Assembly (NCBI GenBank): GCA_964534895.1
Contig: CAZHQB010000001.1
Location: 561 to 64,560, forward strand
Source: an uncultured Micavibrio sp.
Lineage (GTDB): Bacteria > Patescibacteriota > Minisyncoccia > Moranbacterales > GCA-2747515
DNA: 64,000 nucleotides
Direction: 5' to 3'
The position numbers and the translations under genes were made by a program. The notes beneath the pieces are model-generated. The model searched no databases. It worked only from the letters and a program-made list of their open reading frames with translations, and had not been told where the DNA came from. Below, piece after piece: positions 42,867 through 53,926 of this stretch; within the stretch, counting starts at the first letter, position 1; the number at the start of each line of letters is the position of its first letter.

Positions 42867-42933
42867 TTGACAATGAATAAAGATTCGTTACAATGGAGAT
42901 ATAGAGTTAGCACTCACAGTGTGTGACTGCTAA
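42867..42933 (+). promoter_or_regulatory. Sigma70 promoter plus CIRCE operator (HrcA site)
   Basis: TTGACA-16-TACAAT (42867-42894); TTAGCACTC-N9-GACTGCTAA (42907-42933). Confidence 0.9.
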
Positions 42934-42966
42934 TATATAATGTGTAATTTATTAATTATATTAGAT

Positions 42967-44634
42967 ATGACAAAGCAAATAGAATTTGGAGCAGATGCTC
43001 GTAAAAAGGTTGTAGCTGGAATTGATACAGTTGCAAATGCAGTAAAAACTACAATTGGTCCTAAGGGACGAAATGTTGTTTTGGATAGTGGTTTTGGTGC
43101 ACCAACAGTTACAAATGATGGTGTTTCCATAGCAAAAGATATAGAACTTAGTGATAAGTTTGAAAATATTGGAGCAGAACTTATTAAAGAAGTTGCAGAT
43201 AAAACTAATGATGCAGCAGGAGATGGTACAACTACATCAACAATTATGATGCAAGCAATTGTATCAGAGGGTCTTAAGTTTGTGGAGACTGGGATTAATC
43301 CAGTTGGAATTCGTAAAGGATTGGAGACAGCAAAAAATGATGTTGTTGAATTATTGCAAAAAAATTCAAAACGTGTTAGCTCAAAGGAAGAGATTGCACA
43401 GGTTGCAACTATTAGTGCTGAAAATTCTGAAATGGGTGAAATGATTGCAAATGTGATGGAGCTGGTAGGTAAAGATGGCGTTATCACGGTAGAGGAGTCA
43501 CAGACAGTAGGTTTGTCACATGATATTGTTGATGGTATGCAGTTTGACAAAGGTTATGTATCGCCATATATGATTACAGACGCAGAATCTCGTAAGGCTG
43601 AAATAAAAGACCCTGCGATTCTCATTACAGATAAAAAAATCTCAGCGATTAATGATATTTTGCCGTTACTTGAGAAAATTGCTCAGAGTGGGAAAAAAGA
43701 CCTTGTAATTATATGTGAAGATTTGGAAGGAGAAGCTCTTGCAACGCTTGTTGTAAATAAGCTTAGAGGTACAATGAATGTACTGGCTGTAAAAGCTCCA
43801 GAGTTTGGTGATACTCGTAAAGATGTGTTGGATGATATTGCAATTGTAACAGGTGCAACAGTGATTTCGGAAGAAAAAGGAATGACTATGGAAAATGTTG
43901 ATTTGGACGTGTTAGGCTCAGCTGCAAAAGTTGTTTCAACAAATGATAATACAACGATTGTTGATGGAAGGGGCGTAAAAAAAGCGATAAAAGAACGAGC
44001 AGAACAAATTGCACGACAAATTGAAATAGAGGATTCTAGTTATGAACAAGAGAAATTGCAAAAACGTGTTGCGAAACTTTCAGGTGGTGTGGCAGTTATT
44101 CGTGCTGGAGCAGCAACTGAAACTGAGATGAGTTATGTGAGACATAAACTAGAAGATGCTCTTGCAGCGACAAAAGCAGCCGTAGAAGAAGGTGTTGTTG
44201 CTGGGGGTGGTACAGCTTTAGCAAAAGCTAGCATATTGCTTTCTGTTGATGAAAATTTTGATAATGAATTTCGTGCGGGATATAAGGCACTACTCAATGC
44301 TTTATCAGCACCACTTAAACAAATTGCAATGAATGCAGGTGAACGTGATGCAGCTGTTGTTTTGAATGCAGTAATAGAAGGAAAAGGGAAAAATTTTGGA
44401 TACAATGCTCTAACAGATAGTTACGAAGAAGATATGATAAAGGCTGGTATTATTGATCCTTTAAAAGTTACGCGTACTGCAATTGAAAATGCTGTGAGCG
44501 TTGCTTCAATGTTGCTTACAACAGAAGTTGTGATTACGGATGAACCAAAAGAAGAAGCTGGAGCAGATGCTGCAGCCGCAGCAATGGGAGGAATGGGCGG
44601 AGGAATGCCTGCTGGGATGGGTGGAATGATGTAA
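42967..44634 (+). CDS. groEL: Chaperonin GroEL
   Basis: GPKGRNV, TNDGVSIA, AGDGTTT, GGM tail. Confidence 0.98.
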   Translation: MTKQIEFGADARKKVVAGIDTVANAVKTTIGPKGRNVVLDSGFGAPTVTNDGVSIAKDIELSDKFENIGAELIKEVADKTNDAAGDGTTTSTIMMQAIVSEGLKFVETGINPVGIRKGLETAKNDVVELLQKNSKRVSSKEEIAQVATISAENSEMGEMIANVMELVGKDGVITVEESQTVGLSHDIVDGMQFDKGYVSPYMITDAESRKAEIKDPAILITDKKISAINDILPLLEKIAQSGKKDLVIICEDLEGEALATLVVNKLRGTMNVLAVKAPEFGDTRKDVLDDIAIVTGATVISEEKGMTMENVDLDVLGSAAKVVSTNDNTTIVDGRGVKKAIKERAEQIARQIEIEDSSYEQEKLQKRVAKLSGGVAVIRAGAATETEMSYVRHKLEDALAATKAAVEEGVVAGGGTALAKASILLSVDENFDNEFRAGYKALLNALSAPLKQIAMNAGERDAAVVLNAVIEGKGKNFGYNALTDSYEEDMIKAGIIDPLKVTRTAIENAVSVASMLLTTEVVITDEPKEEAGADAAAAAMGGMGGGMPAGMGGMM

Positions 44635-44665
44635 AAACTGGTAAAGATGTTTTTGTGGGATTATC

Positions 44666-44701
44666 AATAAAAGTGGACTTGTAGGAGTTCACTTTTTATT
44701 T
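44666..44701 (+). terminator. Intrinsic terminator after groEL
   Basis: AAAAGTGGACTT/GAGTTCACTTTT stem with a T-rich tail. Confidence 0.7.
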
Positions 44702-44867
44702 GGTGAATATTTTTTGTAATATAAAAATTATCAAAAAGTTTAAAGAGATAATTTATATTTAATTTTAAAATTATTTATTTTAAATAAGATAAGGTTTTAT
44801 ATTTGGTGTGTTTGGTTTCTTTCTATTTTGATGATATAATAAAATAGAAATACAAAAATAAAAAAAC

Positions 44868-46598
44868 ATGAAGATAGATAATACACAATTATACAATTAT
44901 TTAATAGAAAATAATATTGCTGATAAGAGTGTTATCACTCCTATTTTTATTCGTGTACAGAAAGAAAATGTGCAGCTTTGTAGTCTTCTGAAAGAAAAAG
45001 GAATACTCAATGAATTAGAATGCACAAAAGCAATTGCTGCATCTTTGGGGTATCCATTTATTGATTTGACAAAAGAAAAAATTAGTGAGGAGATTTTGAA
45101 TGTTATTCCAGAACAAGTTGCAAAAAAATCTGAAGTTATTGTTTTTGACAGAGATGTGGACACTCTAAAGGTTGCAATGAAAAATCCAGATGATATGCAG
45201 ATGATTGATTTTTTGAAGAAAAAAACAAATTTGGATATTATGCCGTATGTAACAACAAATGATAGTATTAAAATAGCGCTTAAACAATATACAAAAAGTT
45301 TAAAAGCAGAATTTAGTGGAATAATAGATGATGAAGATGATATTGATGCAGGGCAAGGTAAAGATTTAATGAAAATGGCAGAGGATTTGCCGATTGTACG
45401 TATTGTTGATACTTTAATAAAACATGCAATATTGGAGGGAGCATCTGATATACATATTGAACCACAAGAGAAAAATATTATGGTTCGTTATCGAGTTGAT
45501 GGTATTTTAAGGCAAGCTATGATTTTACCAAAAACTGCTCTGCCTGGTATTATTGCACGTATCAAAGTTCTATCTAATTTAAAATTGGATGAACATAGAT
45601 TACCACAAGATGGTAGATTTAAAATTGAAAATGATGAGCATAAAATTTCATTTCGTGTAAGTATTTTACCAGTTTTTGACGGAGAAAAAATTGTGATGCG
45701 ACTTTTGGATGAGTCATCAGCAGGTTTAACATTAGAAAAGATGGGTCTACAAGGCGAAGCACTTGAAGCGATTCAAAGAGAAATCCGTAAACCGAATGGT
45801 ATGGTTCTTGTCACTGGTCCGACTGGCTCTGGTAAGACGACAACTTTATATACGATTGTAGATATTTTAAATTCTCCAGAAGTGAATATTTCCACGGTAG
45901 AAGATCCTGTAGAATATAGAATGGACAGCATTAATCAAACTCAAGTGCATTCAAAAATTGGTATGACGTTTGCTGCAGGACTTAGATCGTTATTACGTCA
46001 AGACCCAGATATTATTATGGTAGGTGAGATTCGAGATAAAGAAACACTTGAAATTGCAATTCATGCAGCTATGACTGGTCATTTAGTTCTTTCAACATTG
46101 CATACGAACTCTGCTGCAGGAGCTATTCCACGTATGGTGGATATGGGTGTGGAGCCATTTCTCATTGCTTCTACAGCAAATATTGTAGTAGGACAACGAT
46201 TGGTTCGTAAGCTTTGTGTAGAATGTCGAAAATCATATACATTAAATCAAAAAGAAGTAGATACATTGGCTAAAAATTATGAAATTGATGTGATATTGAA
46301 AACATTATATAAGATGGGTGGGCTTAAGAGTGGTACAAAATGGACAGAAATTAAATTATTTAAACCTGGGGGTTGTCAACAATGCAATGGTAGTGGGTAC
46401 AAAGGAAGAGGTGGTATTTATGAGGTTTTTGAAATTACAGAAGATATTGAAAAATTAATAACACAAAATGCAACATCAGATATGATGGAAAAGAAGGCTC
46501 GTGAAGACGGCATGGTAACGATGGTGGAAGATGGATTTTTCAAGGTTGTTCAAGGTATAACAAGTATAGAGGAGGTGATGAGAGTAACTCAAGAATAA
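44868..46598 (+). CDS. pilB: Type IV pilus assembly ATPase PilB/GspE
   Basis: ASDIHIEP, GPTGSGKTT, EDPVE, LRQDPD, CxxC..CxxC. Confidence 0.95.
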   Translation: MKIDNTQLYNYLIENNIADKSVITPIFIRVQKENVQLCSLLKEKGILNELECTKAIAASLGYPFIDLTKEKISEEILNVIPEQVAKKSEVIVFDRDVDTLKVAMKNPDDMQMIDFLKKKTNLDIMPYVTTNDSIKIALKQYTKSLKAEFSGIIDDEDDIDAGQGKDLMKMAEDLPIVRIVDTLIKHAILEGASDIHIEPQEKNIMVRYRVDGILRQAMILPKTALPGIIARIKVLSNLKLDEHRLPQDGRFKIENDEHKISFRVSILPVFDGEKIVMRLLDESSAGLTLEKMGLQGEALEAIQREIRKPNGMVLVTGPTGSGKTTTLYTIVDILNSPEVNISTVEDPVEYRMDSINQTQVHSKIGMTFAAGLRSLLRQDPDIIMVGEIRDKETLEIAIHAAMTGHLVLSTLHTNSAAGAIPRMVDMGVEPFLIASTANIVVGQRLVRKLCVECRKSYTLNQKEVDTLAKNYEIDVILKTLYKMGGLKSGTKWTEIKLFKPGGCQQCNGSGYKGRGGIYEVFEITEDIEKLITQNATSDMMEKKAREDGMVTMVEDGFFKVVQGITSIEEVMRVTQE

Positions 46599-46619
46599 AT
46601 TTTATATGTAAATTAAAAT

Positions 46620-47837
46620 ATGCCAAAATATTTATATACATCAAAAAATATAAATGGTACTCCGCGTTCTGGAGAAATGGATGCTACAAATGAAAGAGAC
46701 TTAGCAATGCAATTGCGAAGTGAAGGATTTGTCGTAACTAGTATAGAACGTGTGAAAGAAAAAGATGAAAAGATAAATATAAAGATACTTGATCGATTAA
46801 ATGGAGTTAGTTTGAAAGAAAAATTATTTTTTACACGAAATCTGAGCGTGATGATTTCATCAGGTTTGACAATTGCAAGAGCGTTATCAAATTTAAGTGT
46901 ACAAACAAAAAATAAACATTTTAAAGAAGTATTAGAAAAAATTTATAAAGACGTACAAAAGGGTACAGTATTTAGTGATGCACTTGCAAAATATCCAGCG
47001 ATTTTTAATGATTTATTTGTAAATATGGTTAGAGTTGGGGAGATTGGTGGAACTTTGGATGAATCATTGAATATCATTACTGTTCAAATGGAAAAGGAAC
47101 ATGAGCTAAAGTCAAAAGTTCGTGGAGCTATGATTTATCCAGCTGTAATCGTATTTGCTATGTGTGTAGTTGGTATTATTATGCTTACATATATTTTGCC
47201 ACAAATCCTTGGTGTATTTGGAGATATGGAAGTTGAATTACCTGTAACAACCATGTTTATTATTGGATTAAGTAATATATTGAAAAACCATGGGTTATTA
47301 ATAGGAATTATGTTGGTTGGTAGTGGAATTTTTCTTAAAATATTATTATCTACAAATATTGGGCAAAAAGCTGGTAGTTTTGTGTTATTAAAAACTCCAA
47401 TTTTAAAAAATATTGTTACCAAAGTAAATTGTGCTAGATTTGCACGAATATATGGTTCATTATTACATAGTGGTGTATCGGTAATTGATGCACTTGAGAT
47501 TGTTGCCAATACACTTACGAATACATTTTTTAAGGAAGCAATTATGGAAGGTCGTAATAAGATTCAACGTGGTGTTAATTTATCAAGTGTAATTGCTGAA
47601 TATCCTGATATATTTCCAGTAATTGTAGCCCAGATGATAGGCGTTGGAGAAGAAACTGGTAAAACAGAAGATATGATGGAAAAACTAGCTGAATTTTATG
47701 AGGAAGAAGTAAATCAAATTACAAAAAATCTTTCATCAATTATTGAACCTGTGCTTATGCTGGTGATTGGTGCGGCAGTTGGTTTTTTTGCTGTAGCTAT
47801 GCTTACTCCAATGTATAGTGTGCTTGAAAATATATAA
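46620..47837 (+). CDS. pilC: Type IV pilus platform protein PilC/GspF
   Basis: MVRVGEIGG, AMIYP, GEETG, IIEPV. Confidence 0.95.
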   Translation: MPKYLYTSKNINGTPRSGEMDATNERDLAMQLRSEGFVVTSIERVKEKDEKINIKILDRLNGVSLKEKLFFTRNLSVMISSGLTIARALSNLSVQTKNKHFKEVLEKIYKDVQKGTVFSDALAKYPAIFNDLFVNMVRVGEIGGTLDESLNIITVQMEKEHELKSKVRGAMIYPAVIVFAMCVVGIIMLTYILPQILGVFGDMEVELPVTTMFIIGLSNILKNHGLLIGIMLVGSGIFLKILLSTNIGQKAGSFVLLKTPILKNIVTKVNCARFARIYGSLLHSGVSVIDALEIVANTLTNTFFKEAIMEGRNKIQRGVNLSSVIAEYPDIFPVIVAQMIGVGEETGKTEDMMEKLAEFYEEEVNQITKNLSSIIEPVLMLVIGAAVGFFAVAMLTPMYSVLENI

Positions 47838-47847
47838 TAAAAAATTT

Positions 47848-49371
47848 ATGATATATAATAAAAAAAGAGGATTTACGCTTATTGAAGGATTAGTAGCTCT
47901 TGCTGTTTTTACTCTTCTAGTTGTTACTTTTTATAAAATATTTGCACAAACAATGATTCATATGCAAAATTCAAAGTATCGTCGTGGTGCAGTTGCTCTT
48001 GCAAATGAGCGGATGGAGCAATTTAGAAATCTTGCATATGATAATATAGCTACAAAAGCAAATGCTCCAATTGGTGATATTGAAGATGATGAGGTAGTGA
48101 CTGTAAATGGATTAGTGTATCGTATTATAACAACAGTCTTTTTTGTAGATGATCCTGCTGACGGAGTTGCCCCAACGGATACTAGATATGAAGATTATAA
48201 GCGTGTTAGCGTTGTAGTTGTTTGGGGCCAAGCTACAAGTAATATGATATCAAAAGCAAATGCTATTCAAGATGCTAAATATGAATCAAAGCGCATTACT
48301 CTTGTTTCACAATTTGTTCCACCAGGAGGTTTAGAAGCATTGCCTACAGGCGGTATTCTTTCTATAAATGTACTTAATATGGGTGTGGAACCAGTGGAGC
48401 CGGTAGAGGGAGCTATAGTGTCTATCATTGACAATGAGTGTGGTACAAGTGGACATCCAGATTGTGACAGCTCTACGATAACGGGAATTACCGATGCAAC
48501 TGGAAATTATATGTATATAGGAGCTCCAATTTGCACAGCATGTTATGAGATAAGTGTTACAAAAAGTAGTTTTGAAGCTCGTAAAACATTAAATCCATTT
48601 TCAGGAGATGATGGTGTAGATCCTTATGAAGAAGGCGAGTATGAGCCGACATATGCACATCAAGGTGTGTCAGCTGGAAATATTACAACAGCTACATTTA
48701 ATACAAATAAATTATCACAATTAAATATAATATCTCAAGATCCATTTGGTAATCTTATACCAGAAGTTAAATTTGATATAAAAGGCGGTTTTATATCTGG
48801 CACTACGGTTGGAGGAGAGACTTCTAGTGTATATAATTTTTATGCAACTAACAAAATAACGGATACAACAAATGCAGACATTGATATTTATTCTACGTCA
48901 GATGCACTTAATGGTGATTATACAAATATTGGTGTCTATGCAATTGATAATATAGTGTTACCTAACGGATTTTCTGACTATACTTTTTGGAAAGTAGATA
49001 TAAATGATGAAATAAACCCACATAATATAGCTGTTGTTGCAGATACAGATTTATCTGCAAAAATGATTTTCATAGATAATAATTATGATAGTGCATTTAT
49101 TCGTATAGTAGAAACAATCAACGGAGAATCAGTTCCTGTCAAGGATGCTAGCGTTAGATTAGAAAATACTAATCTTAATCCTGCATACGATGTAACATTA
49201 ATAACTGACGAGTTTGGTTATGTTTATTTTCCAGAAAATACTACAAATACATTAGTTAATGAGGAGACATATAATATAACAGTTACTGCAGATGATTATA
49301 ATGAAAAAACAGATACTATAGAAATAGATAAATTAACGCAAAAAGAAATAACAATAACATTAAGTTCATGA
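47848..49371 (+). CDS. Large minor pilin (PilV-like) with beta-sandwich domains
   Basis: KKRG|FTLIE prepilin motif; TDATGNY and TDEFGYV Ig/carboxypeptidase-regulatory-like repeats. Confidence 0.85.
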   Translation: MIYNKKRGFTLIEGLVALAVFTLLVVTFYKIFAQTMIHMQNSKYRRGAVALANERMEQFRNLAYDNIATKANAPIGDIEDDEVVTVNGLVYRIITTVFFVDDPADGVAPTDTRYEDYKRVSVVVVWGQATSNMISKANAIQDAKYESKRITLVSQFVPPGGLEALPTGGILSINVLNMGVEPVEPVEGAIVSIIDNECGTSGHPDCDSSTITGITDATGNYMYIGAPICTACYEISVTKSSFEARKTLNPFSGDDGVDPYEEGEYEPTYAHQGVSAGNITTATFNTNKLSQLNIISQDPFGNLIPEVKFDIKGGFISGTTVGGETSSVYNFYATNKITDTTNADIDIYSTSDALNGDYTNIGVYAIDNIVLPNGFSDYTFWKVDINDEINPHNIAVVADTDLSAKMIFIDNNYDSAFIRIVETINGESVPVKDASVRLENTNLNPAYDVTLITDEFGYVYFPENTTNTLVNEETYNITVTADDYNEKTDTIEIDKLTQKEITITLSS

Positions 49372-50018
49372 TAAAAAAAACATATAAAGGTGTAACTTTT
49401 GTAGAAATGATTGTTACAATTGCAATAACATCAATAGTAATGATAGGAACCTCGTTATTTTTTGTAAGGATGTGGACAACACATCATTTTGTATTTAAAA
49501 GTGGTATAGCTTCTTTTATAGCTAGTAGAGCTGTTGAAGATGCAATTAATACGATGCGTAAAGCACAACAAGCACAGAATGGAGCTTTTCCAATTGTTAT
49601 AGCAAATGATCATGAATTTGAATTTTATGCAGATATTGACAATGATAGTGTCGTTGAAAAAGTTAAATATTTTGTAGAAGATAGCATTTTTAAAAGAGAA
49701 GTTGTTGAACCAGGTGATGATATGCCACCAATATATAATGGTAATACAATAGTTCAAGATATAGCAAAAAATGTAAGAAATGATATTGTGTCTGGTGAAT
49801 CTATATTTGAATATTATGGTATCAATGGTAAGATATATAAGCATGAGGATATAAAAAATAAAACTTTGACCATGCCAATTATACCAGCTGATATTCGTAT
49901 GGTAAAAATTGTCTTATATATTAATCCTGAACCAATTTTTCGTTCCCCAGATAATATAAAAATTCAATCATTTGCTGTTGTTAGGAATTTAACGGAATTT
50001 GATGATATACCAACTTAA
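49368..50018 (+). CDS. Minor pilin (PilW-like)
   Basis: YKG|VTFVE prepilin motif; ADIDNDSVVEKVKY. Confidence 0.85.
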   Translation: MIKKTYKGVTFVEMIVTIAITSIVMIGTSLFFVRMWTTHHFVFKSGIASFIASRAVEDAINTMRKAQQAQNGAFPIVIANDHEFEFYADIDNDSVVEKVKYFVEDSIFKREVVEPGDDMPPIYNGNTIVQDIAKNVRNDIVSGESIFEYYGINGKIYKHEDIKNKTLTMPIIPADIRMVKIVLYINPEPIFRSPDNIKIQSFAVVRNLTEFDDIPT

Positions 50019-50042
50019 GATTTTTTAAATTTGTTTGATAAA

Positions 50043-51638
50043 ATGAAATGTAAATATTATAGTAAAAAAGGAACAGCATTAGTATATGTGTTAACAGTAA
50101 TAGCAGCTGCTAGTGTCCTTTTTGCAGGCACAATTAAATTTGTAATTTCTCATGTGCGTTATGATACTACTCTTGAGCCAAAAACTCAGGCATTACATAT
50201 TGCAGAGGCAGGTGTTTATTTTTATAGGTGGTATTTAGCTCATAATATTGAAGGCAAAACAGCAAGTCAAATTGCAGCATTTTGGAATAATGATCCATTA
50301 GGAGTTGATGATAATGGTGATGATGATTGTGATGATGCTGATACTGCTGATGGTGATGGTGATGGTACAGAAGCTTATGTAGTAGATTATAAAGATGAAA
50401 GTAATAATATTATAGGACAATATAAAATTTGCGTTACGCCTCCGCAACTATATTCTACAGTAATTCATATTAAAGTAATAGGTAGTACTACTTCATCGGG
50501 TGTCACACAAAAACGTATAATAACTGCAAGGTTACGTAGGCCTTCTTGGAGCGAGTTTGCTATTTTAGCAAATGGTATGACTAGATTATCTGAAGGCACA
50601 GAAGTATATGGACCTATGCATGTTAATGGTGGTTTTCATTTTGATGGTGTTGCACATAATATAGTATCAAGTTCTGTAACAACTTATTATGATGGGGATG
50701 GAGATGTGCATGGCACAAGGCCTGGAGTTTGGGCATCAAAGAAACCAAGTAATCCAGGAAAAGATACTAGCGTAGATGAAGATGATAGTGAACATTTTCT
50801 TGCGGGTAAACAATTTCCAGTAGTAGCCCAAGATTTTAATAGTGTAACAGCGGATTTTGATGAGATGCGTCAAGCAGCTCAAAGTAAGATGGTATATGAT
50901 GAAAAAGATCATAAAAATATAGATTTATATTATGGCAGACAAGGTCAAGGTAGGTATATTGAATTTGGAGTACCTTCTGCTAATAAAATGCGAATTAGAA
51001 GAGTGAGAAATAATGGTGTAGATTGGACAACTTATGGTGTAACTAGAATTAATAATGGTGATACTGATATCTTTGATATTCCAGATGATGCTGTTATTTA
51101 TGTGAGGGATAATGTTTGGGTAAAAGGGACAATTCCAAATGGTAAAAAGATTACAATTGCTGCACATGATTCTGGGTGGCGTAGTCCAAAAATATTTTTA
51201 GGTGAAGATGATATTTTTTATGAAGATTATGAACATGATACTGTATTAGGCTTAGCGGCAGAAAATGATGTAGCATTTTTAATGAAAGCAGGGTTAAATG
51301 GTCATGAGGAAGGAGATATAAATGCATCGCATGGAAGTGATTATGAAATTTTGCACATTGATGCCGTTTTACTTTCACAAAAAGGAAGAGTCGGTTGGGG
51401 TTATGATAGAGATTTTCATAATTGGTCTGAACGTAATCAATGGCTAAATAAGGTAAAAGATACCATAGAATTATATGGTGCAATAGCTACTAATGAACGT
51501 ATGGGATTTGGATACACGAATGGGGCTGGATATGAACATAGAAACTTAATGTTTGATAATAATCTTTTGTATAGTCCGCCCCCACTTTTTCCGACGGGTA
51601 ATACATATGCAATCGATTTGTGGAATGAAATAAAATAA
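50043..51638 (+). CDS. Minor pilin (PilX-like) with large C-terminal domain
   Basis: KKG|TALVY lacking Glu5; QALHIAEAGV; Asp-rich loop; PPPLFP near the end. Confidence 0.82.
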   Translation: MKCKYYSKKGTALVYVLTVIAAASVLFAGTIKFVISHVRYDTTLEPKTQALHIAEAGVYFYRWYLAHNIEGKTASQIAAFWNNDPLGVDDNGDDDCDDADTADGDGDGTEAYVVDYKDESNNIIGQYKICVTPPQLYSTVIHIKVIGSTTSSGVTQKRIITARLRRPSWSEFAILANGMTRLSEGTEVYGPMHVNGGFHFDGVAHNIVSSSVTTYYDGDGDVHGTRPGVWASKKPSNPGKDTSVDEDDSEHFLAGKQFPVVAQDFNSVTADFDEMRQAAQSKMVYDEKDHKNIDLYYGRQGQGRYIEFGVPSANKMRIRRVRNNGVDWTTYGVTRINNGDTDIFDIPDDAVIYVRDNVWVKGTIPNGKKITIAAHDSGWRSPKIFLGEDDIFYEDYEHDTVLGLAAENDVAFLMKAGLNGHEEGDINASHGSDYEILHIDAVLLSQKGRVGWGYDRDFHNWSERNQWLNKVKDTIELYGAIATNERMGFGYTNGAGYEHRNLMFDNNLLYSPPPLFPTGNTYAIDLWNEIK

Positions 51639-51679
51639 ATATGTTATTATAGTATATAGATATATAAAAAGAAAAATAA

Positions 51680-52744
51680 ATGTCAATTTTTAATAAAAAA
51701 TTTATTGATCCGACACCTCCATATTTTGGATTGGATATTAGTGAACTTTCTATAAAAGTTTTACAAATGGCTCATAATAAGAAATATGATTATGTGTATG
51801 GTTTTGCGTCTGAAACAATTGCATCTGGTTTAATTGATAATGGTAATATTCAAAATGTTGATGCAGTAGTAAATGCAATTAAACGAGTACGTAAAAAAGC
51901 TGGTATTTCTACAAAAAATGTTATTTGTTCATTACCTGAATCAAAAGCATTTCTTAGAATTGTGACAATTCCACAAATGAAGGAAGAGGAAGTTGCAGAA
52001 GCAATAAAATGGGAAATAGAAGCTGCAATTCCATTATCTATTGATCAAGTATATTATGATTGGCAAGTATTGGATAAAAGACTTACAAAAGATAAAAGAC
52101 AAATTGATGTTATTATAGTCGCAGTATCAAAAGAATTTATAAATAGTTATATATATATATTAAAAAAAGCAGGACTCATAATGTACGGGTTTGAAATAGA
52201 ATCTGTTGCACAGTCAAATAGTTTACTTAGAGATAACGAAAAAGGTGTAACAACAATGATAATTGATATAGGAGATAGGAGTACGAGTTTTGTTGTTACA
52301 GTTGATAATATACCAGTATTTACCTCAAGTATTCCATTATCTTCTGAACTTATGACAAAGTCGATAGAACAAACATTTGGTATTACATATGACGAAGCAG
52401 AAAAAATTAAAATGATGTATGGTATTGGGTCTGTACTTAAAAATGATCATGTATTTCAAGCTACAAAATCTGTAGTAGAAAATTTTGTAACAGAAGCACA
52501 AAAATCAATTGATTTTTATTTGAAAAGTTTGACATATTCTGAAAATGTTGATCGTATTATAATGTGTGGTGGGGGAGCTCGTATGAAGGGAATTGCACCA
52601 TATTTATCTAGACGATTAGGACATAATATCGAACTAGGAGATCCGTGGGTTAATATGAATTTTAAAAATAGTATTCCGCCAATTAATAGAGATGAATCAT
52701 TGCAATATGCAACAGTAATTGGGTTAGCGACAAAAAAAATATGA
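51680..52744 (+). CDS. pilM: Type IV pilus assembly protein PilM
   Basis: FGLDIS, IIDIG, MCGGGAR, ATVIGLA. Confidence 0.93.
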   Translation: MSIFNKKFIDPTPPYFGLDISELSIKVLQMAHNKKYDYVYGFASETIASGLIDNGNIQNVDAVVNAIKRVRKKAGISTKNVICSLPESKAFLRIVTIPQMKEEEVAEAIKWEIEAAIPLSIDQVYYDWQVLDKRLTKDKRQIDVIIVAVSKEFINSYIYILKKAGLIMYGFEIESVAQSNSLLRDNEKGVTTMIIDIGDRSTSFVVTVDNIPVFTSSIPLSSELMTKSIEQTFGITYDEAEKIKMMYGIGSVLKNDHVFQATKSVVENFVTEAQKSIDFYLKSLTYSENVDRIIMCGGGARMKGIAPYLSRRLGHNIELGDPWVNMNFKNSIPPINRDESLQYATVIGLATKKI

Positions 52745-53304
52745 AAATTCGTTTTAATTTGTTACCACAAAAACAAAAAAAACATCTACATATACAAAAA
52801 ATTTTAAGAATTATCATGGAGCAAGAAATTCATGTTATGATTTTATTTTTGTTTCTTATACTTGGTCTATTTTCCATATTTTTTATTTTGAAAACGGAAA
52901 CAAGAATTATGCAAGATGTCAAAGCAATAATTGTTGATAAAGAACAATATAAAAACATAGCAAAAAGGCATAAAGAATTTAAAGATATTCATAAAAAATT
53001 GGATGTAGTAGATAAATTATTAGATAATCATGTTGATTGGTCGCGATTATTTATAATTTTAAGTGAGAACATCACTGAGAACATTACAGTTAATTCTATA
53101 AAAATAGATAAAAATATTATTGTAATAAATGCAATAGCAGATACACGAGAAGATGTTGTAAAAATGAAAGAAATATTTAATAATATAACAAATAATGATG
53201 TAAATTGTTTTAGTGATATTGTTGTGCCAGAATCACAATTAACAGCACCAGTTGACGTAACGTTTGCCTTGACTCTGAAAGTTAATTTTAAATGTCTGAA
53301 ATAA
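52741..53304 (+). CDS. pilN: PilN-like protein
   Basis: FNLLP motif, TM, coiled coil; follows pilM. Confidence 0.85.
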   Translation: MKIRFNLLPQKQKKHLHIQKILRIIMEQEIHVMILFLFLILGLFSIFFILKTETRIMQDVKAIIVDKEQYKNIAKRHKEFKDIHKKLDVVDKLLDNHVDWSRLFIILSENITENITVNSIKIDKNIIVINAIADTREDVVKMKEIFNNITNNDVNCFSDIVVPESQLTAPVDVTFALTLKVNFKCLK

Positions 53305-53307
53305 AGT

Positions 53308-53922
53308 ATGCGTAAATTTATTAGAAAATATTATATTCAGCTAACAGCAATTATTATATTGTTTATATTGGCTGTTATTATGTTATCGCAATCATTTAGT
53401 GTGAGAAATATGGCAAAAAATAAATCAAAGGAATTGAAGCAAACTCAACTTGATTATGTGTTGGCGCAAGAGTTTTTGCGTCATGAATATAAATTTAAAA
53501 AAGACGCAACATACGTTGAGAATAATGATAAATGGTTATCTATATTTTTGCCAAACGACGACGATGAAAAAGTACAATTATTTTCTACATTGGAACAGTT
53601 AGCAAAAGATACAGGCAATGATAACATTGAATTATCAGTGATAAATTCTACATCACAGATAAAACAAAAAAAAGCAACAAAAACAAAAAAGAAAGTTATT
53701 GGTGATACAATGAATATACGGGTATCTCTTGTGGGAAATTATAATGATTTGATTTATTTTTTGCAAAAATTAGAAAATATGAAATATTTTGCAGATGCAA
53801 CATCGATTAGTGTAAATAAAACTGTTAAAAGTACTCCGTATAAGGATGAAGAATCCAAAGAAACATTAAGAGATGATTTATTACAAACGAATATGGATGT
53901 TATATTTTATTTAGATAAATAG
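53308..53922 (+). CDS. pilO: PilO-like protein
   Basis: TM, GNYNDLIYFLQKLEN; follows pilN. Confidence 0.82.
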   Translation: MRKFIRKYYIQLTAIIILFILAVIMLSQSFSVRNMAKNKSKELKQTQLDYVLAQEFLRHEYKFKKDATYVENNDKWLSIFLPNDDDEKVQLFSTLEQLAKDTGNDNIELSVINSTSQIKQKKATKTKKKVIGDTMNIRVSLVGNYNDLIYFLQKLENMKYFADATSISVNKTVKSTPYKDEESKETLRDDLLQTNMDVIFYLDK

Positions 53923-53926
53923 AGAT

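Noticed and set aside
42930-43550. 206-aa antisense ORF over groEL, and similar antisense ORFs over ligA, scpB, pgk and eno
   Set aside because: Typical antisense shadows of conserved genes, with no motifs of their own.
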